Assembly (NCBI GenBank): GCA_033762915.1
Contig: JANRLD010000042.1
Span: forward strand, 192,001 to 256,000
Source of the DNA: Meiothermus sp.
GTDB taxonomy: Bacteria > Deinococcota > Deinococci > Deinococcales > Thermaceae
Direction: 5' to 3'
Length of the DNA stretch: 64,000 nucleotides
In this document: positions 1-10,480 of the stretch, one piece after another
Numbering within the stretch: position 1 is the first letter of the stretch
Layout of the letters: each line of letters starts with the position of its first letter
Notes under the pieces: generated by a model
Seen by the model: the letters and a program-made list of their open reading frames with translations, nothing else
Told to the model about the DNA's origin: nothing
The model's database searches: none
Made by a program: the position numbers and the translations under genes

Positions 1-612
1 CTGCGCGACGGCGGGCTCAGGGCCGAGTTCGTGCAACTCGACGTGACTGACTCGGCCCAGGTCGACGCCGTCGCCCGGGAGATCGAAAGGCGGCACGGGC
101 GGGTCGATGTGCTGGTGAACAACGCCGGAATCTGCCGCAACACGCCCGCCCTCGAGGTCTCTGATGCCGAGTGGCTGGAGGTCTTTAACGTCAACGTCCA
201 CGGGGTGTTCTGGTGCAGCCGGGCCTTCGGGCGGGTCATGGCCCGGCAGGGCTCGGGCAGCATCATCAACATCGCCTCGATGTCCGGCCAGATCGTCAAC
301 CGGCCCCAGCCCCAGGCCGCCTACAATGCCTCCAAGGCGGCCGTCACCCACCTCAGCAAGAGCATGGCAGCGGAGCTTTCGGGGGTGGGGGTGCGGGTCA
401 ACGCCATCTCGCCCGGCTATATCGGCACCGAGATGACCCGGCGCGGCGCGCAGAACCCCGGCTGGGAGAAGGCCTGGCTCGAGGGCACCCCGCTGGGCCG
501 GATGGGCGAGCCCTCGGAGGTGGCCAACTGCGCGCTGTTCCTGGCCTCGGACGCCTCGAGCTACGTCACCGGGAGCGAGCTGACCGTGGACGGCGGCTAC
601 ACCGTCTGGTAG
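1..612 (+). CDS. SDR family oxidoreductase (polyol/sugar dehydrogenase-like), 5' end outside the window
   Basis: NNAG motif, catalytic YxxxK (YNASK), SPGYIGT and VDGG C-terminus. The frame is open from base 1. Confidence 0.9.
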   Translation: MRDGGLRAEFVQLDVTDSAQVDAVAREIERRHGRVDVLVNNAGICRNTPALEVSDAEWLEVFNVNVHGVFWCSRAFGRVMARQGSGSIINIASMSGQIVNRPQPQAAYNASKAAVTHLSKSMAAELSGVGVRVNAISPGYIGTEMTRRGAQNPGWEKAWLEGTPLGRMGEPSEVANCALFLASDASSYVTGSELTVDGGYTVW

Positions 613-703
613 GGCAAAGGGCGAGGAAGTAGGAAAGCCGAAAAAGCCTAGTGTGGGTGGTTTCTGCCTCTTTCTGCCATTTCTTTTTCATGAAAGGCCA
701 GCC

Positions 704-1672
704 ATGCGAACCCTGATCTCCAGTCCCCACCGCATTGCCTGGATAGACGCCCCCGAGCCCAGCCTGGGGGCAGGGGAGGTCTTGCTCAAGCCCTTGGCGG
801 TGGGGGTGTGCGGCTCTGACTTGCACGTGTTCGAGGGGCAGCACCCGTTCGTGGGGTATCCGGTCTATCCCGGGCACGAGGTGGCGGCCAGGGTGGTCGA
901 GACGGGCCCGGGCGTGGACGCCGCTTGGCGTGGGGCGCTGGTGGCCCTCGAGCCCTCCATCACCTGCGGGGACTGTGCGGCCTGCCGCGGCGGGCGCTAC
1001 AACATCTGCGAGAGCCTGCAGGTGATGGGCTTCCAGGCCCCCGGCGCGATGGCCGAGGCCTTTGTGACCCGGCCGCGCTTCCTGCACCGGCTACCCGAGG
1101 GCTTCGACGCCGAGCTCGGCGCGATGGTGGAGCCGCTGGCGGTGGCGGTTCACGCGGTCTTGCTGAGCGAGGTGCGGGGCCGGAAGGTGGGCGTGCTGGG
1201 GGCAGGCACCATCGGGCTGCTGGTCGCACAGGTCGCCAAGGCCTACGGTGCGGCCGGCGTGGAGGCGGTAGACCTGCTGGATTCCCGCCGCAATTTGGCC
1301 GAGTCGCTGGGGGTGCAGGCCAAGCTGCCCGACAGCGCCAAGTACGACACCATCTTTGAGTGCGTGGGGACCGAGCGGGCGCTCGAGGCGGCCATCCAGG
1401 GGGTCCGCAAGGGCGGCAACATCATCGTCTTGGGCGTACACGGCAGGCCCGCCGCGCTCAGCGTCGGGTTGATCCAGGACTGGGAGATTGGCATCAAGGG
1501 CAGTCTGATGTACACCTACCGCGACTACCAGGAGGCCATCCGGCTGTTTGCAAACGGGCAGGTGCAGGGAAAGCCCCTCGTCACCCACCGCTTCGCCCTG
1601 AGCGAGGTGGGGCGGGCCTTTGCGGCAGCCCTCGAGCGCCAGACCGCGCTGAAGGTGATGTTGCACGGCTAG
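704..1672 (+). CDS. Zinc-dependent alcohol/polyol dehydrogenase (sorbitol dehydrogenase-like)
   Basis: CGSDLH, GHE, structural Zn CxxCxxCxxGxxNxC and GAGTIG. ATG at 704 follows GAAAGG. Confidence 0.88.
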   Translation: MRTLISSPHRIAWIDAPEPSLGAGEVLLKPLAVGVCGSDLHVFEGQHPFVGYPVYPGHEVAARVVETGPGVDAAWRGALVALEPSITCGDCAACRGGRYNICESLQVMGFQAPGAMAEAFVTRPRFLHRLPEGFDAELGAMVEPLAVAVHAVLLSEVRGRKVGVLGAGTIGLLVAQVAKAYGAAGVEAVDLLDSRRNLAESLGVQAKLPDSAKYDTIFECVGTERALEAAIQGVRKGGNIIVLGVHGRPAALSVGLIQDWEIGIKGSLMYTYRDYQEAIRLFANGQVQGKPLVTHRFALSEVGRAFAAALERQTALKVMLHG

Positions 1673-1770
1673 GTGGCTCCATAGCTGGGATGCGAAATGC
1701 CGCCCGGTAGCACGTTGGGGATGCGCCGGTAAGCCACCCGCGTCCCCTGTCGCATGGAGGGTTTCGCAAA

Positions 1771-1889
1771 CTCATCGCGATTCCTTACCTACCTCGCGGC
1801 CGCAGGTACTGAACTCCCTACGGCGGTTCCCATCATTACCCCGCACATCCGAGTCTTTGGGTGCGGGGTATTCGTGGGCACCGCTGTCA
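1771..1889. repeat. Palindromic MITE/REPIN-like element, copy A
   Basis: Shares GCGGTTCCCA...GTGGG(C/A)ACCGCTG termini and the internal TACCCCGCACATCCGAGTCT...GTGCG-GGTATTCGTGGG module with 13134-13241. Its left part matches 50561-50620. Confidence 0.75.
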
Positions 1890-2594
1890 CACCCTCAGGT
1901 ACGACTCCACGCTGGCGGCGCTGCGCTCGGTGGTCGAGCCCAGATCCACCACCCGGCCCTTCTGCATCACGAAGAAGCGGTCGGCGAAGGCCCAGGCGAA
2001 CTCGAGGTACTGCTCGACCAGCAGCACCGCTACCCCCAGCTCCCGGCGGATGCGGGTAAGGGCAGCCTCGATCTCGAGCACGATGGAGGGCTGGATGCCC
2101 TCGGTGGGCTCGTCGAGGAGCAGCAGGCGGGGCTGAGTGACCAGGGCCCGCCCGATGGCCAGTTGCTGCTGCTGGCCGCCCGAGAGGTTGCCGCCCTTGC
2201 GGTCGCTGAGGTCGTGCAGGATCGGGAACAGCTCGTAGACGTGGGGCGGGATAGCTTTGTGGGCATCTGGCCGCCCGGTCAGGGCCGGCAGGCCCATCAG
2301 CAGGTTCTCGGCGACGGTGAGCTGAGGGAAGATGCCCCGGCCCTGGGGCACGTAGGCCAGCCCCTGGCGGGCCCGGCTGTAGGCGGGGGTGCGGGCGAAC
2401 TCGCGGTTGCCGGCGAAGTGGATACGGCCGCCGGTGACCGGGCGAACCCCCACGATGGTCGACAAGAGGGTGGTCTTGCCCACCCCGTTGCGCCCCAGCA
2501 GGGCCACGGCCTCACCCTGCTTAATGTCCAGGTCCACGTCCCACAGCACTTGGCTCTTGCCGTAGGCGGCGCAGACCTTCTCAAGCTCGAGCAT
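1887..2594 (-). CDS. urtE: Urea ABC transporter ATP-binding subunit
   Basis: GRNGVGKTT, LSGGQQQQLAIGRAL and LDEPTEGIQPSI; urt operon context. Confidence 0.92.
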   Translation of the reverse strand: MLELEKVCAAYGKSQVLWDVDLDIKQGEAVALLGRNGVGKTTLLSTIVGVRPVTGGRIHFAGNREFARTPAYSRARQGLAYVPQGRGIFPQLTVAENLLMGLPALTGRPDAHKAIPPHVYELFPILHDLSDRKGGNLSGGQQQQLAIGRALVTQPRLLLLDEPTEGIQPSIVLEIEAALTRIRRELGVAVLLVEQYLEFAWAFADRFFVMQKGRVVDLGSTTERSAASVESYLRV

Positions 2595-3345
2595 GCCCGT
2601 CCTCCTTGGCCCGGCCCAGGTAGATCTCCACCACGGCCGGGTCGTCGCGCAGCTCCTGCAGGGTGCCCTCCTTGAACAGCCGGCCCATGTGCAGCACGCT
2701 GACCGGGGCCCCTAGCAGCTCCACGAAGTCCATGTCGTGGTCGATCACCAGCACGGTGTGCCGCCCGGCCAGGCGCAGGATTAGTTCAGCGGTCCGGGCG
2801 GTCTCCTGGGCGGTCATGCCGGCGGTGGGCTCGTCCAAGAGCAGCAGCTCGGGGTCGGCCGCCACCACCATCCCGATCTCGAGCCACTGCTTCTCGCCGT
2901 GGGCCAGCTGCGCGGCCGGCATCTGCCGCTTGTGGGCCAGCCCCACCAGCCCCAAGAGTTCTTCCACCCGGCCCGCCTCGGCCCGCCCCAGCCCGGCCCG
3001 CAGGTTGCTCCACCAGCCTTTGTGCTCGCGCACCGCGACCGCCAGGTTGTCGGCCACGCTGAGGTTTTCGAGCACCCCCGGGGTCTGAAATTTGCGGCAG
3101 ATCCCCATCCGTACGATGTGGTGCTCGCTGGCCCGGGTGATGTCCTGGCCCTTGTAGAGCACCCGGCCCTGTGCGGGCCGCACCTTGCCGATCACCGTGT
3201 CGCACAGGGTGGACTTCCCCGCCCCGTTGGGGCCGATCAGCATGCGGATAGCACCCCGCTCTACCTGGAAGCTCAGTCCGTCGATGGCCTTGAAGCCGTC
3301 GAAGCTGACGGTGAGGTCCTCGAGCCGCAGCAGGGGCTCGCTCAT
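2581..3345 (-). CDS. urtD: Urea ABC transporter ATP-binding subunit
   Basis: Starts MSEPLLRLEDL; GPNGAGKST, GICRKFQTP, HGEKQWLEIGM. Confidence 0.92.
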   Translation of the reverse strand: MSEPLLRLEDLTVSFDGFKAIDGLSFQVERGAIRMLIGPNGAGKSTLCDTVIGKVRPAQGRVLYKGQDITRASEHHIVRMGICRKFQTPGVLENLSVADNLAVAVREHKGWWSNLRAGLGRAEAGRVEELLGLVGLAHKRQMPAAQLAHGEKQWLEIGMVVAADPELLLLDEPTAGMTAQETARTAELILRLAGRHTVLVIDHDMDFVELLGAPVSVLHMGRLFKEGTLQELRDDPAVVEIYLGRAKEDGHARA

Positions 3346-4415
3346 GCCTCGCCCCTTTCGGGCCCTGAGACGCGGGCCGGGGGCGCGGCCCGGCGCGGCA
3401 GCGAGAGGCGCTCGAGCCACGGCTTGACCCAGCCGGCCAGGCCCCGGGGCATGCCCAGCACCACCAGCACGAACAGCAGCCCCATCACGTAGAGCCACAT
3501 CTCGGGATAGGCGCTGGAGACCCGGTCCTTGATCAAGTTGCCGGCCACGATGCCCAGCACCGCCCCGCCCAGGCTCTCCCGCCCGCCCAGCGCCACCCAG
3601 ACCACGAACTCGATGCTGGGGATTACCCCCACCATGGCCGGGCTGATGGTCCCGACGTGCACCGCGAACAGGGCCCCCGAGACCCCCGCCAGCAGCCCTC
3701 CGACCGCGAAGGCCGCGATCTTGTAGGCGGCGGGGTCGTAACCCAGGAAGCGCACCCGGTTCTCGCCGTCGCGGATGGCCACCAGCAGCTTGCCGAAGTG
3801 GCTCTTGAGCAGCAGCTTGACGCCCACGTAGGCCCCAACCACCACCGCCAGCGTGAGCCAGTACAGCCCGTTCACGAAGCCCGGGCCCCGCAGCTCCAGG
3901 CCCAGGAAGGTCTTGTAGTCGGTGATTCCGTTGGTGCCGCTGGTGACGCCCTGGCTGCCGATCAGGAGGGTGGCGAAGGCCAGCACCAGGGCCTGGGTGA
4001 TCAGCGAGACGTAGACCCCGGTGATCCGCCGCCGGAACATCAGCCAGCCCAGCGCGGCCGCGGCCAGGGCGGGCAGCAGCAGCACCGCGGCCAGCGCGAA
4101 GGCTGGGTTGGCGAAGGGGGCCCACCACCAGGGCAGGGCCTCGACCCCGTTGTAGACCATGAAGTCGGGCAGCTCGCCCGCGGGGGTCGAGACCAGCTTG
4201 AGGTGCATGGCCAGGGCGTAGGCGCCCAGCCCGAAGAACAGCCCCTGGCCCAGGCTGAGGATGCCGGTGGTGCCCCAGATCAGCGAGATCCCAATCGCCA
4301 CCACCGCCAGTGCCAGAAAGCGCCCCACCAGGATCAGGTTGTAGCCCGAGAGATAGAAGGGGGCCAGGGCCAGAGCCAGCAGCAGGGCCAGCAGCAGGGC
4401 TCGCTTGGGGGTCAT
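3342..4415 (-). CDS. urtC: Urea ABC transporter permease
   Basis: Multi-TM protein with GILSLGQGLFFGLGAY, LPDFM and AIRDGENRVRFLGY. Confidence 0.92.
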   Translation of the reverse strand: MTPKRALLLALLLALALAPFYLSGYNLILVGRFLALAVVAIGISLIWGTTGILSLGQGLFFGLGAYALAMHLKLVSTPAGELPDFMVYNGVEALPWWWAPFANPAFALAAVLLLPALAAAALGWLMFRRRITGVYVSLITQALVLAFATLLIGSQGVTSGTNGITDYKTFLGLELRGPGFVNGLYWLTLAVVVGAYVGVKLLLKSHFGKLLVAIRDGENRVRFLGYDPAAYKIAAFAVGGLLAGVSGALFAVHVGTISPAMVGVIPSIEFVVWVALGGRESLGGAVLGIVAGNLIKDRVSSAYPEMWLYVMGLLFVLVVLGMPRGLAGWVKPWLERLSLPRRAAPPARVSGPERGEA

Positions 4416-5308
4416 GCGGCCTCCTCGAGGGCCCTCGAGCGTGCACTGATGAAGCCCCGGGGCCGGAACTGCAGGAAGGCCACCACCAGCACCAGCACCA
4501 GCACCTTGGCCAGGCTCACGCTGGTGATGCTCTCGGTGAAGGCCGTGAAGAACCCCAGCGCCGCCGCTGAGAGCGCGGTCCCCGCGATGGAGCCGATGCC
4601 GCCCAAAATCACCACCAGGAAGGCGTTGACGATGTAGCTCTGCCCCACGGTGGGGTTGATGGGGGAGAGCAGGGCCAGCGCCACCCCCGCGATCCCGGCC
4701 AGCCCCGAGCCCAGCGCAAAGACCAGCAGGTCGACCTGCCGGGTGTTCACCCCCAGGGTCTGGGCCACCTCGCGGCCCTGATTAACCGCCCGCACGTGCA
4801 TCCCGAAGCGGGTGCGGGTCAGCAGGTAAGCCAGCCCCCCCAGCACCGCCAGCGCCACCGCGATCACGAACAGCCGGGTGTGGGGGATGGTCAGCCCCCA
4901 CACCTGCAGCGCGCCCGAGAGCCAGGCCGGCGCCGTCACCGGCACCCCGGTGGGGCCGAACAGGCTGCGCCCGGCCTGCTGCAGGATCAGGCTGACCCCC
5001 CAGGTGGCCAGGAGGGTGTCCAGCGGCCGGCCGTAGAGCCGGCGGATCATCGAGACCTCCAGCAGCGCCCCCAGCAGCGCGGTGCCCGCGAAGGCCAGCG
5101 GGAAGGCCAGCAGCAGGTAGGCTGGCCCGGGTACCCACAGGCTCGAGAGGTAGGTCAGGTAGCCCGCCACCATCAGCATCTCGCCGTGGGCCATGTTGAT
5201 GACCCGCATCAGCCCGAAGCTCAGGGCCAGCCCCACCGCCGCCAGCAGCAAGATCGAGGCGATGGAGAAGCCGTTGAATAGTTGTTCGCCGACAAAGACC
5301 GGGTTCAT
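4412..5308 (-). CDS. urtB: Urea ABC transporter permease
   Basis: FGLMRVINMAHGE and LYGRPLDTLLATWGVSLILQQ. Confidence 0.92.
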   Translation of the reverse strand: MNPVFVGEQLFNGFSIASILLLAAVGLALSFGLMRVINMAHGEMLMVAGYLTYLSSLWVPGPAYLLLAFPLAFAGTALLGALLEVSMIRRLYGRPLDTLLATWGVSLILQQAGRSLFGPTGVPVTAPAWLSGALQVWGLTIPHTRLFVIAVALAVLGGLAYLLTRTRFGMHVRAVNQGREVAQTLGVNTRQVDLLVFALGSGLAGIAGVALALLSPINPTVGQSYIVNAFLVVILGGIGSIAGTALSAAALGFFTAFTESITSVSLAKVLVLVLVVAFLQFRPRGFISARSRALEEAA

Positions 5309-5428
5309 GGGGCTCCTGGGGGTCGGGGTCCCGGCGACGGGGCCCACAAAGCGCGGCCCTCCCCCGGCGGTGCGCGGGGGAGAGGCGCGGAGATTAGGGT
5401 TTTGGCTCCAAGCGGTTACGCTCCGCTG

Positions 5429-6607
5429 CTAGGGGCAGGTCTTGCCGGGGAAAGCCAGCTTGTCGTAGGGCTCGGGCTTGACCACGCCCTTGGACTGCCA
5501 GAGGATCTTGAACTGTCCGCCCGCCCCCGACTCACCGATGTAGACGGCCTGGGTGATCGAGCCGTTGGGCTCGACGGTCACGGTGCCCATCGGGGTGTCC
5601 TTGAGGCTGACGCCCACGATGGCCTTGCGCACCGCCACCGGGTCGAAGCTCTTGGCCTTCTCGACGGCGGCCTTCCAGAGGTAGACGTTGATGTAGCCGT
5701 GGATCATGGGGTCGGTGATGACTGCGCCCGCACCGTACTTCTTCTTGTAGGCAGCCACGAACTTCTTGTTGGCGGGGTTGTCGAGGCTCTGGAAGTAATT
5801 CCAGGCCGCGAACTGGCCATTGAGCAGGTCGGTCCCGATGGCCTGGGCCTCCTGCTCGGCGATCGAGAAGGAGACCACCGGGAGCCTCTTGGCGTCGTAT
5901 CCAGCGGCCTTGTACTGCTTGAAGAAGGCCACGTTGGAGTCGCCGTTGAGGGTGTTGATGATCAGCTGCGGGCCAGCGGCCTTGATCTTGGCAATGATCG
6001 AGGCGAACTCGGTGCCGCCTAGGGCCATGTACTCTTCGCCCGCCAGCGTCGCGCCCCTGGCGGTGATGTGCTTCTTGAGGATCAGGTTGGCGGTGCGGGG
6101 GTAGACGTAATCGGAGCCCAGCAGGAAGATCCTCTTGTAGCCCTTCTCGAGCGCCCAGTCCAGCGCCGGCAGGGCCTGCTGGTTGGGTTGGGCTCCGGAG
6201 TAGATGATGTTGGGGCTACACTCGTTGCCCTCGAACTGCACCGGGTAGAACAGCAGGTGTTTGTACTTCTCGAACACCGGCAGCAGGCTCTTGCGGCTGG
6301 CCGAGGTCCAGGCCCCGAACACCGCCGAGACCTTGTCCTGCTGAATCAGCTTCTCGGCCTTCTGGGCGAAGGTCGGCCAGTCGGACGCGCCGTCCTCTTT
6401 GACCACCACCAGCTTGCGGCCCAGCACCCCGCCGGCCGCGTTGATCTCCTCGACGGCCAGCTCGGTGGCGTTGGCCACGGTGATCTCGGAGATGGCCATG
6501 GTGCCGGTGAGCGAGTGTAGCACCCCCACCTTCACGTCCTGGGCCTGGGCCAGCACGCCCAGCAAGGCCCCGCCGACCAACAACACCTTTAACAATGGTT
6601 TCCTCAT
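5429..6607 (-). CDS. urtA: Urea ABC transporter substrate-binding protein
   Basis: Signal peptide; VGVLHSLTGTMAISE, EDGASDWPTFA, WTSASRK, GSDYVYPRTAN. Confidence 0.95.
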   Translation of the reverse strand: MRKPLLKVLLVGGALLGVLAQAQDVKVGVLHSLTGTMAISEITVANATELAVEEINAAGGVLGRKLVVVKEDGASDWPTFAQKAEKLIQQDKVSAVFGAWTSASRKSLLPVFEKYKHLLFYPVQFEGNECSPNIIYSGAQPNQQALPALDWALEKGYKRIFLLGSDYVYPRTANLILKKHITARGATLAGEEYMALGGTEFASIIAKIKAAGPQLIINTLNGDSNVAFFKQYKAAGYDAKRLPVVSFSIAEQEAQAIGTDLLNGQFAAWNYFQSLDNPANKKFVAAYKKKYGAGAVITDPMIHGYINVYLWKAAVEKAKSFDPVAVRKAIVGVSLKDTPMGTVTVEPNGSITQAVYIGESGAGGQFKILWQSKGVVKPEPYDKLAFPGKTCP

Positions 6608-6645
6608 AAGCAAACCCCCCCTTATCGCCAGATTTTTTGTGGAGT

Positions 6646-6672
6646 ATGAGTGAACATGGACCGTTCACTCAT
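6646..6672. promoter_or_regulatory. Inverted repeat in the divergent urtA/ureA promoter region, candidate operator
   Basis: ATGAGTGAAC-N7-GTTCACTCAT, perfect 10-bp arms in an AT-rich intergenic region. Confidence 0.4.
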
Positions 6673-6903
6673 GCGGCAGAGCATACGGCAAGACAGATTT
6701 GGTGTCAAATTACAATGCGGCGTTTGTTCAATTCTAGTCGAGCAAATCGCGCGTAGAGTGAGTTCCTTTGCAAAACGCAAACACAAAACGTGACAATTGC
6801 TCAAAAACAATTTAACATCTTGCATACCGGGGCGGTCGGCTCGAGCCTCTTGGTTTGCTGGGTTCCCCTGATGGTTGATGGTTTGCGCCAAGCGGAGGTG
6901 TGT

Positions 6904-7206
6904 GTGTTCCTTACCGAGCGGGAGAAAGACAAGCTGCTGATCTTCGTGGCCGCCGAGGTGGCCCGCCGGCGCAGGGCCAGGGGCCTGAAGCTCAACCACC
7001 CCGAGGCCGTCGCGCTCATAACCGCAGAGGTGCTCGAGGGCATCCGCGACGGGCGCAGCGTGGCCGACCTGATGAGCTTCGGGGCCACCATCCTGGGCCG
7101 CGAAGATGTGATGGAGGGGGTGCCGGAGATGATCCACGACATCCAGGTCGAGGGCACCTTCCCCGACGGCTCGAAGCTGGTCACCATCCACGACCCGATC
7201 CGCTAA
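6904..7206 (+). CDS. ureA: Urease gamma subunit
   Basis: GTG start after [17 protein letters not shown]...[10 protein letters not shown]...[17 protein letters not shown]. Confidence 0.96.
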   Translation: MFLTEREKDKLLIFVAAEVARRRRARGLKLNHPEAVALITAEVLEGIRDGRSVADLMSFGATILGREDVMEGVPEMIHDIQVEGTFPDGSKLVTIHDPIR

Positions 7207-7217
7207 AGGGGGACTCT

Positions 7218-7586
7218 ATGAAACCGGGTGAATATCTCTTATCCGAGGGCGACCTCGAGGCCCACGCGGGCCGCGCGACCGCGCGAATGGTCGTGGCCAA
7301 CACTGCCGACCGCCCCGTGCAGGTGGGCAGCCACTTCCACTTCTTCGAAGTAAACAAGGCCCTGCGCTTCGACCGTGCCGCCGCCTACGGGATGCGGCTG
7401 GAGATTCCGGCCGGCACGGCGGTGCGCTTCGAGCCGGGCGAGGAGAAGGAGGTCGGGCTGGTGGCACTGGGCGGCAGCCGGGTGGTGTTCGGGATGAACG
7501 GGCTGGTCTCGGGCCCGCTGGATGCGCCAGGAGCGCTGGAGCGGGCCCTCGAGCGGGCTCGAGCCGAGGGCTACCTGGGCGCCTAG
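7218..7586 (+). CDS. ureB: Urease beta subunit
   Basis: MKPGEY...[16 protein letters not shown]...[12 protein letters not shown]. Confidence 0.96.
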   Translation: MKPGEYLLSEGDLEAHAGRATARMVVANTADRPVQVGSHFHFFEVNKALRFDRAAAYGMRLEIPAGTAVRFEPGEEKEVGLVALGGSRVVFGMNGLVSGPLDAPGALERALERARAEGYLGA

Positions 7587-7629
7587 GGCGGAGGGCTAAC
7601 AGGACGTTTCGCAACACGCAGAGGTGCTT

Positions 7630-9327
7630 ATGAAAATACCGCGCAGAGTCTACGCCGACCTCTACGGCCCCACCGTGGGCGACCGGGTGCGGCTGGCCGA
7701 CACCGGGCTGTTCATCGAGGTCGAGCGGGATTATACCGTCTATGGCGACGAGGTCAAGTTCGGCGGGGGCAAGGTGATCCGCGACGGGCTGGGTCAGTCG
7801 CAGGCTGCCCGCGCCGAGGGGACGCCCGACCTGGTGATCACCAACGCGCTGATCCTCGACCATTGGGGCGTCGTCAAGGCCGACGTGGGGGTGCGCGATG
7901 GGCGCATCGTGGCGGTCGGGAAGGCCGGCAACCCCGGCACCCAGGACGGGGTCACGGCCGGCCTCGAGATCGGGGCCGGCACCGAGGTGGTGGCCGGCGA
8001 GGGGCACATCCTCACCGCCGGCGGCATCGACACCCACATCCACTTCATCGCCCCCCAGCAGGCCTGGGAGGCGCTCTACTCGGGCGTCACCACCATGATC
8101 GGCGGGGGCACCGGCCCCACCGCTGGTACCAGCGCCACCACCTGCACCCCGGGGGCCTGGAACCTGCACCGCATGCTCGAGGCCCTCGAGGGCCTGCCGC
8201 TCAACTTCGGGCTGCTGGGCAAGGGCAACGCCTCGAGGGCCGAGCCGCTGGAGGAGCAGATCCGGGCCGGGGCAGTAGGGCTCAAGCTGCACGAGGACTG
8301 GGGCACCACCCCCAGCGCCATCGACGCCGCCCTGAGCGTGGCTGAAAAGTACGACGTGCAGATCGCCATCCACACCGACACCCTCAACGAGTCTGGCTTC
8401 GTCGAGGACTCCATCCGGGCCATCGCCGGGCGCACCATCCACACCTACCACACCGAGGGCGCCGGCGGCGGGCACGCCCCCGACATCATCCGGGTGGCCG
8501 GGCTGCCCAACGTGCTGCCCTCCTCCACCAACCCCACCATGCCCTTCACCATCAACACCCTCGACGAGCACCTGGACATGCTGATGGTCTGCCACCACCT
8601 GTCCCCGCGCATCCCCGAGGACGTGAGCTTCGCCGAGAGCCGCATTCGCCCCGAGACCATCGCGGCCGAGGACATCCTGCACGACATGGGGGTCTTCAGC
8701 ATGATGTCCAGCGACTCCCAGGCCATGGGGCGGGTCGGCGAGGTGATCCTGCGCACCTGGCAGACCGCCGACAAAATGAAGCGGCAGCGCGGCGACCTGG
8801 GCGGCCCGGCCGACAACCTGCGGGCCCGGCGCTACGTGGCCAAGTACACCATCAACCCCGCCGTCGCCCACGGCATCGCCCACGAGGTGGGGAGCGTCGA
8901 GGTGGGCAAGCTGGCCGACCTGGTGCTGTGGAAGCCGGCCTTCTTCGGGGTCAAGCCCTCGCTGATCCTCAAGGGGGGGCTGGTGGTGGGGAGCACCATG
9001 GGCGACCCCAACGCCTCCATCCCCACCCCCCAGCCGGTCCATTACCGCCCGATGTTTGGGGCCTTCGGGCAGGCTAGCCAGTCGACCTGTCTGCATTTCG
9101 TCTCGCAGGCCTCGCTCGAGCTAGGACACCTGCCCGAGCGCTGCCGGCGGCCCTTCGCGGCCGTGAAGAACACCCGCACCATCGGGAAGAAGGACATGAT
9201 CCTCAACGACGCGCTCCCGGTGATCGAGGTCGACCCCGAGACCTACGCCGTACGGGCCGACGGCGTCGAGCTGCGCTGCGAGCCGGCCGAGGTTTTGCCC
9301 ATGGCCCAGCGCTATTTCTTGTTTTAG
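7630..9327 (+). CDS. ureC: Urease alpha subunit
   Basis: [34 protein letters not shown] and AQRYFLF. Confidence 0.98.
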   Translation: MKIPRRVYADLYGPTVGDRVRLADTGLFIEVERDYTVYGDEVKFGGGKVIRDGLGQSQAARAEGTPDLVITNALILDHWGVVKADVGVRDGRIVAVGKAGNPGTQDGVTAGLEIGAGTEVVAGEGHILTAGGIDTHIHFIAPQQAWEALYSGVTTMIGGGTGPTAGTSATTCTPGAWNLHRMLEALEGLPLNFGLLGKGNASRAEPLEEQIRAGAVGLKLHEDWGTTPSAIDAALSVAEKYDVQIAIHTDTLNESGFVEDSIRAIAGRTIHTYHTEGAGGGHAPDIIRVAGLPNVLPSSTNPTMPFTINTLDEHLDMLMVCHHLSPRIPEDVSFAESRIRPETIAAEDILHDMGVFSMMSSDSQAMGRVGEVILRTWQTADKMKRQRGDLGGPADNLRARRYVAKYTINPAVAHGIAHEVGSVEVGKLADLVLWKPAFFGVKPSLILKGGLVVGSTMGDPNASIPTPQPVHYRPMFGAFGQASQSTCLHFVSQASLELGHLPERCRRPFAAVKNTRTIGKKDMILNDALPVIEVDPETYAVRADGVELRCEPAEVLPMAQRYFLF

Positions 9328-9484
9328 GGGCTGAATGCAGTGGCCATTGGTTCTTGGAACGGTCGGCTCGCGCAAGGTCGCGCCGGGTCGACCTTGCGCC
9401 CGCGCAAGAGACAAAAACTGCGGCCGACCACGGGCGCAATCCCGGACGGGTCTGCGGGCAGGCAGCACACAGGGAGGTAGGTAG

Positions 9485-9829
9485 ATGCACGAAACCTCGA
9501 TTGCCCTCGAGCTTGTTCGCAGCGCGGGCGAAATTGCTTCGCGCTATGGGGCCTGTCGGGTCTCAAAGGTGGGGGTCCGCATCGGGGTCTTGTCCAGCGT
9601 GGTGCCCGAGGCCCTCGAGTTCGCCTTCCCCGGCGCCGCCCTTGGGACCGCCCTCGAGGGCGCGGTCCTGCAGATCGAGCGGGTGGGGGCGGTGGCGTGC
9701 TGCGCTGAGTGCGGTGAGGTGGAGATTCGGCTCGAGCGCGGCCTGCGCTGCCCCCTTTGCGGCAGACCCACCCCCCGGATCGTGCAGGGCGAGGAGCTCG
9801 AGCTCGACACCCTGGAACTGGAGGAGTAA
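9485..9829 (+). CDS. hypA: Nickel metallochaperone HypA
   Basis: N-terminal MHE, two CxxC pairs and GEEL. Confidence 0.92.
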   Translation: MHETSIALELVRSAGEIASRYGACRVSKVGVRIGVLSSVVPEALEFAFPGAALGTALEGAVLQIERVGAVACCAECGEVEIRLERGLRCPLCGRPTPRIVQGEELELDTLELEE

Positions 9830-10477
9830 ATGGTAAATACCCCGAGAATCGTCAGCGTGCGACAGGGCATCCTCAAGAAGAACGACGAGCTGGCCGCCGA
9901 GAACCGGGCCCGCTTCGCCGCCGCTGGGGTGCGGGTCATCAACCTGGCCAGCAGCCCCGGGGCGGGCAAGACTGCCCTGCTCGAGCGCACCCTGCGCGAT
10001 CTGGAGATCCCCATGGCAGTGGCGGTGGGCGACCTGGCCACCGAGAACGACGCGGCCCGGCTGCGCTCCACCGGCAAACAGGCCGTGCAGATCGTGACCG
10101 GGACGGTCTGCCACCTCGACGCCCAGATGGTGCAGGGCGTGCTGCCGCGGTTCGACCTGGAGCGCCTTGAGGTGCTCTTCCTGGAGAACGTGGGCAACCT
10201 GGTCTGCCCCAGCAGCTACGACCTGGGCGAGAGCGCGCGGGCGGTGCTGCTCTCGGTGACCGAGGGCGAGGACAAGCCGCTCAAGTACCCCACCATGTTC
10301 AACACCGCCGACCTGGTGGTGATCACCAAGGCCGACCTGGCCGAGGCGGTGGGGTTCGACCGCGAGCTGGCCCTGGAGAACATCGACCGGGCCCGACCGG
10401 GCGTCCCGGTGGTCGAGCTCTCGAGCCGGACCGGCACTGGTCTGGAGGCCTGGTACCGCTTCGTGCGTGGAGGTTAG
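9830..10477 (+). CDS. hypB: Nickel incorporation GTPase HypB
   Basis: SSPGAGKT, CHLDA, ENVGNLVCP, EGEDKPLKYP and TKAD. Confidence 0.94.
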   Translation: MVNTPRIVSVRQGILKKNDELAAENRARFAAAGVRVINLASSPGAGKTALLERTLRDLEIPMAVAVGDLATENDAARLRSTGKQAVQIVTGTVCHLDAQMVQGVLPRFDLERLEVLFLENVGNLVCPSSYDLGESARAVLLSVTEGEDKPLKYPTMFNTADLVVITKADLAEAVGFDRELALENIDRARPGVPVVELSSRTGTGLEAWYRFVRGG

Positions 10478-10480
10478 AGT

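Noticed and set aside
2581..4446. 621-aa fused ABC ATPase
   Set aside because: The N-terminal part is an off-frame read-through of urtC. The real urtD starts at 3345.
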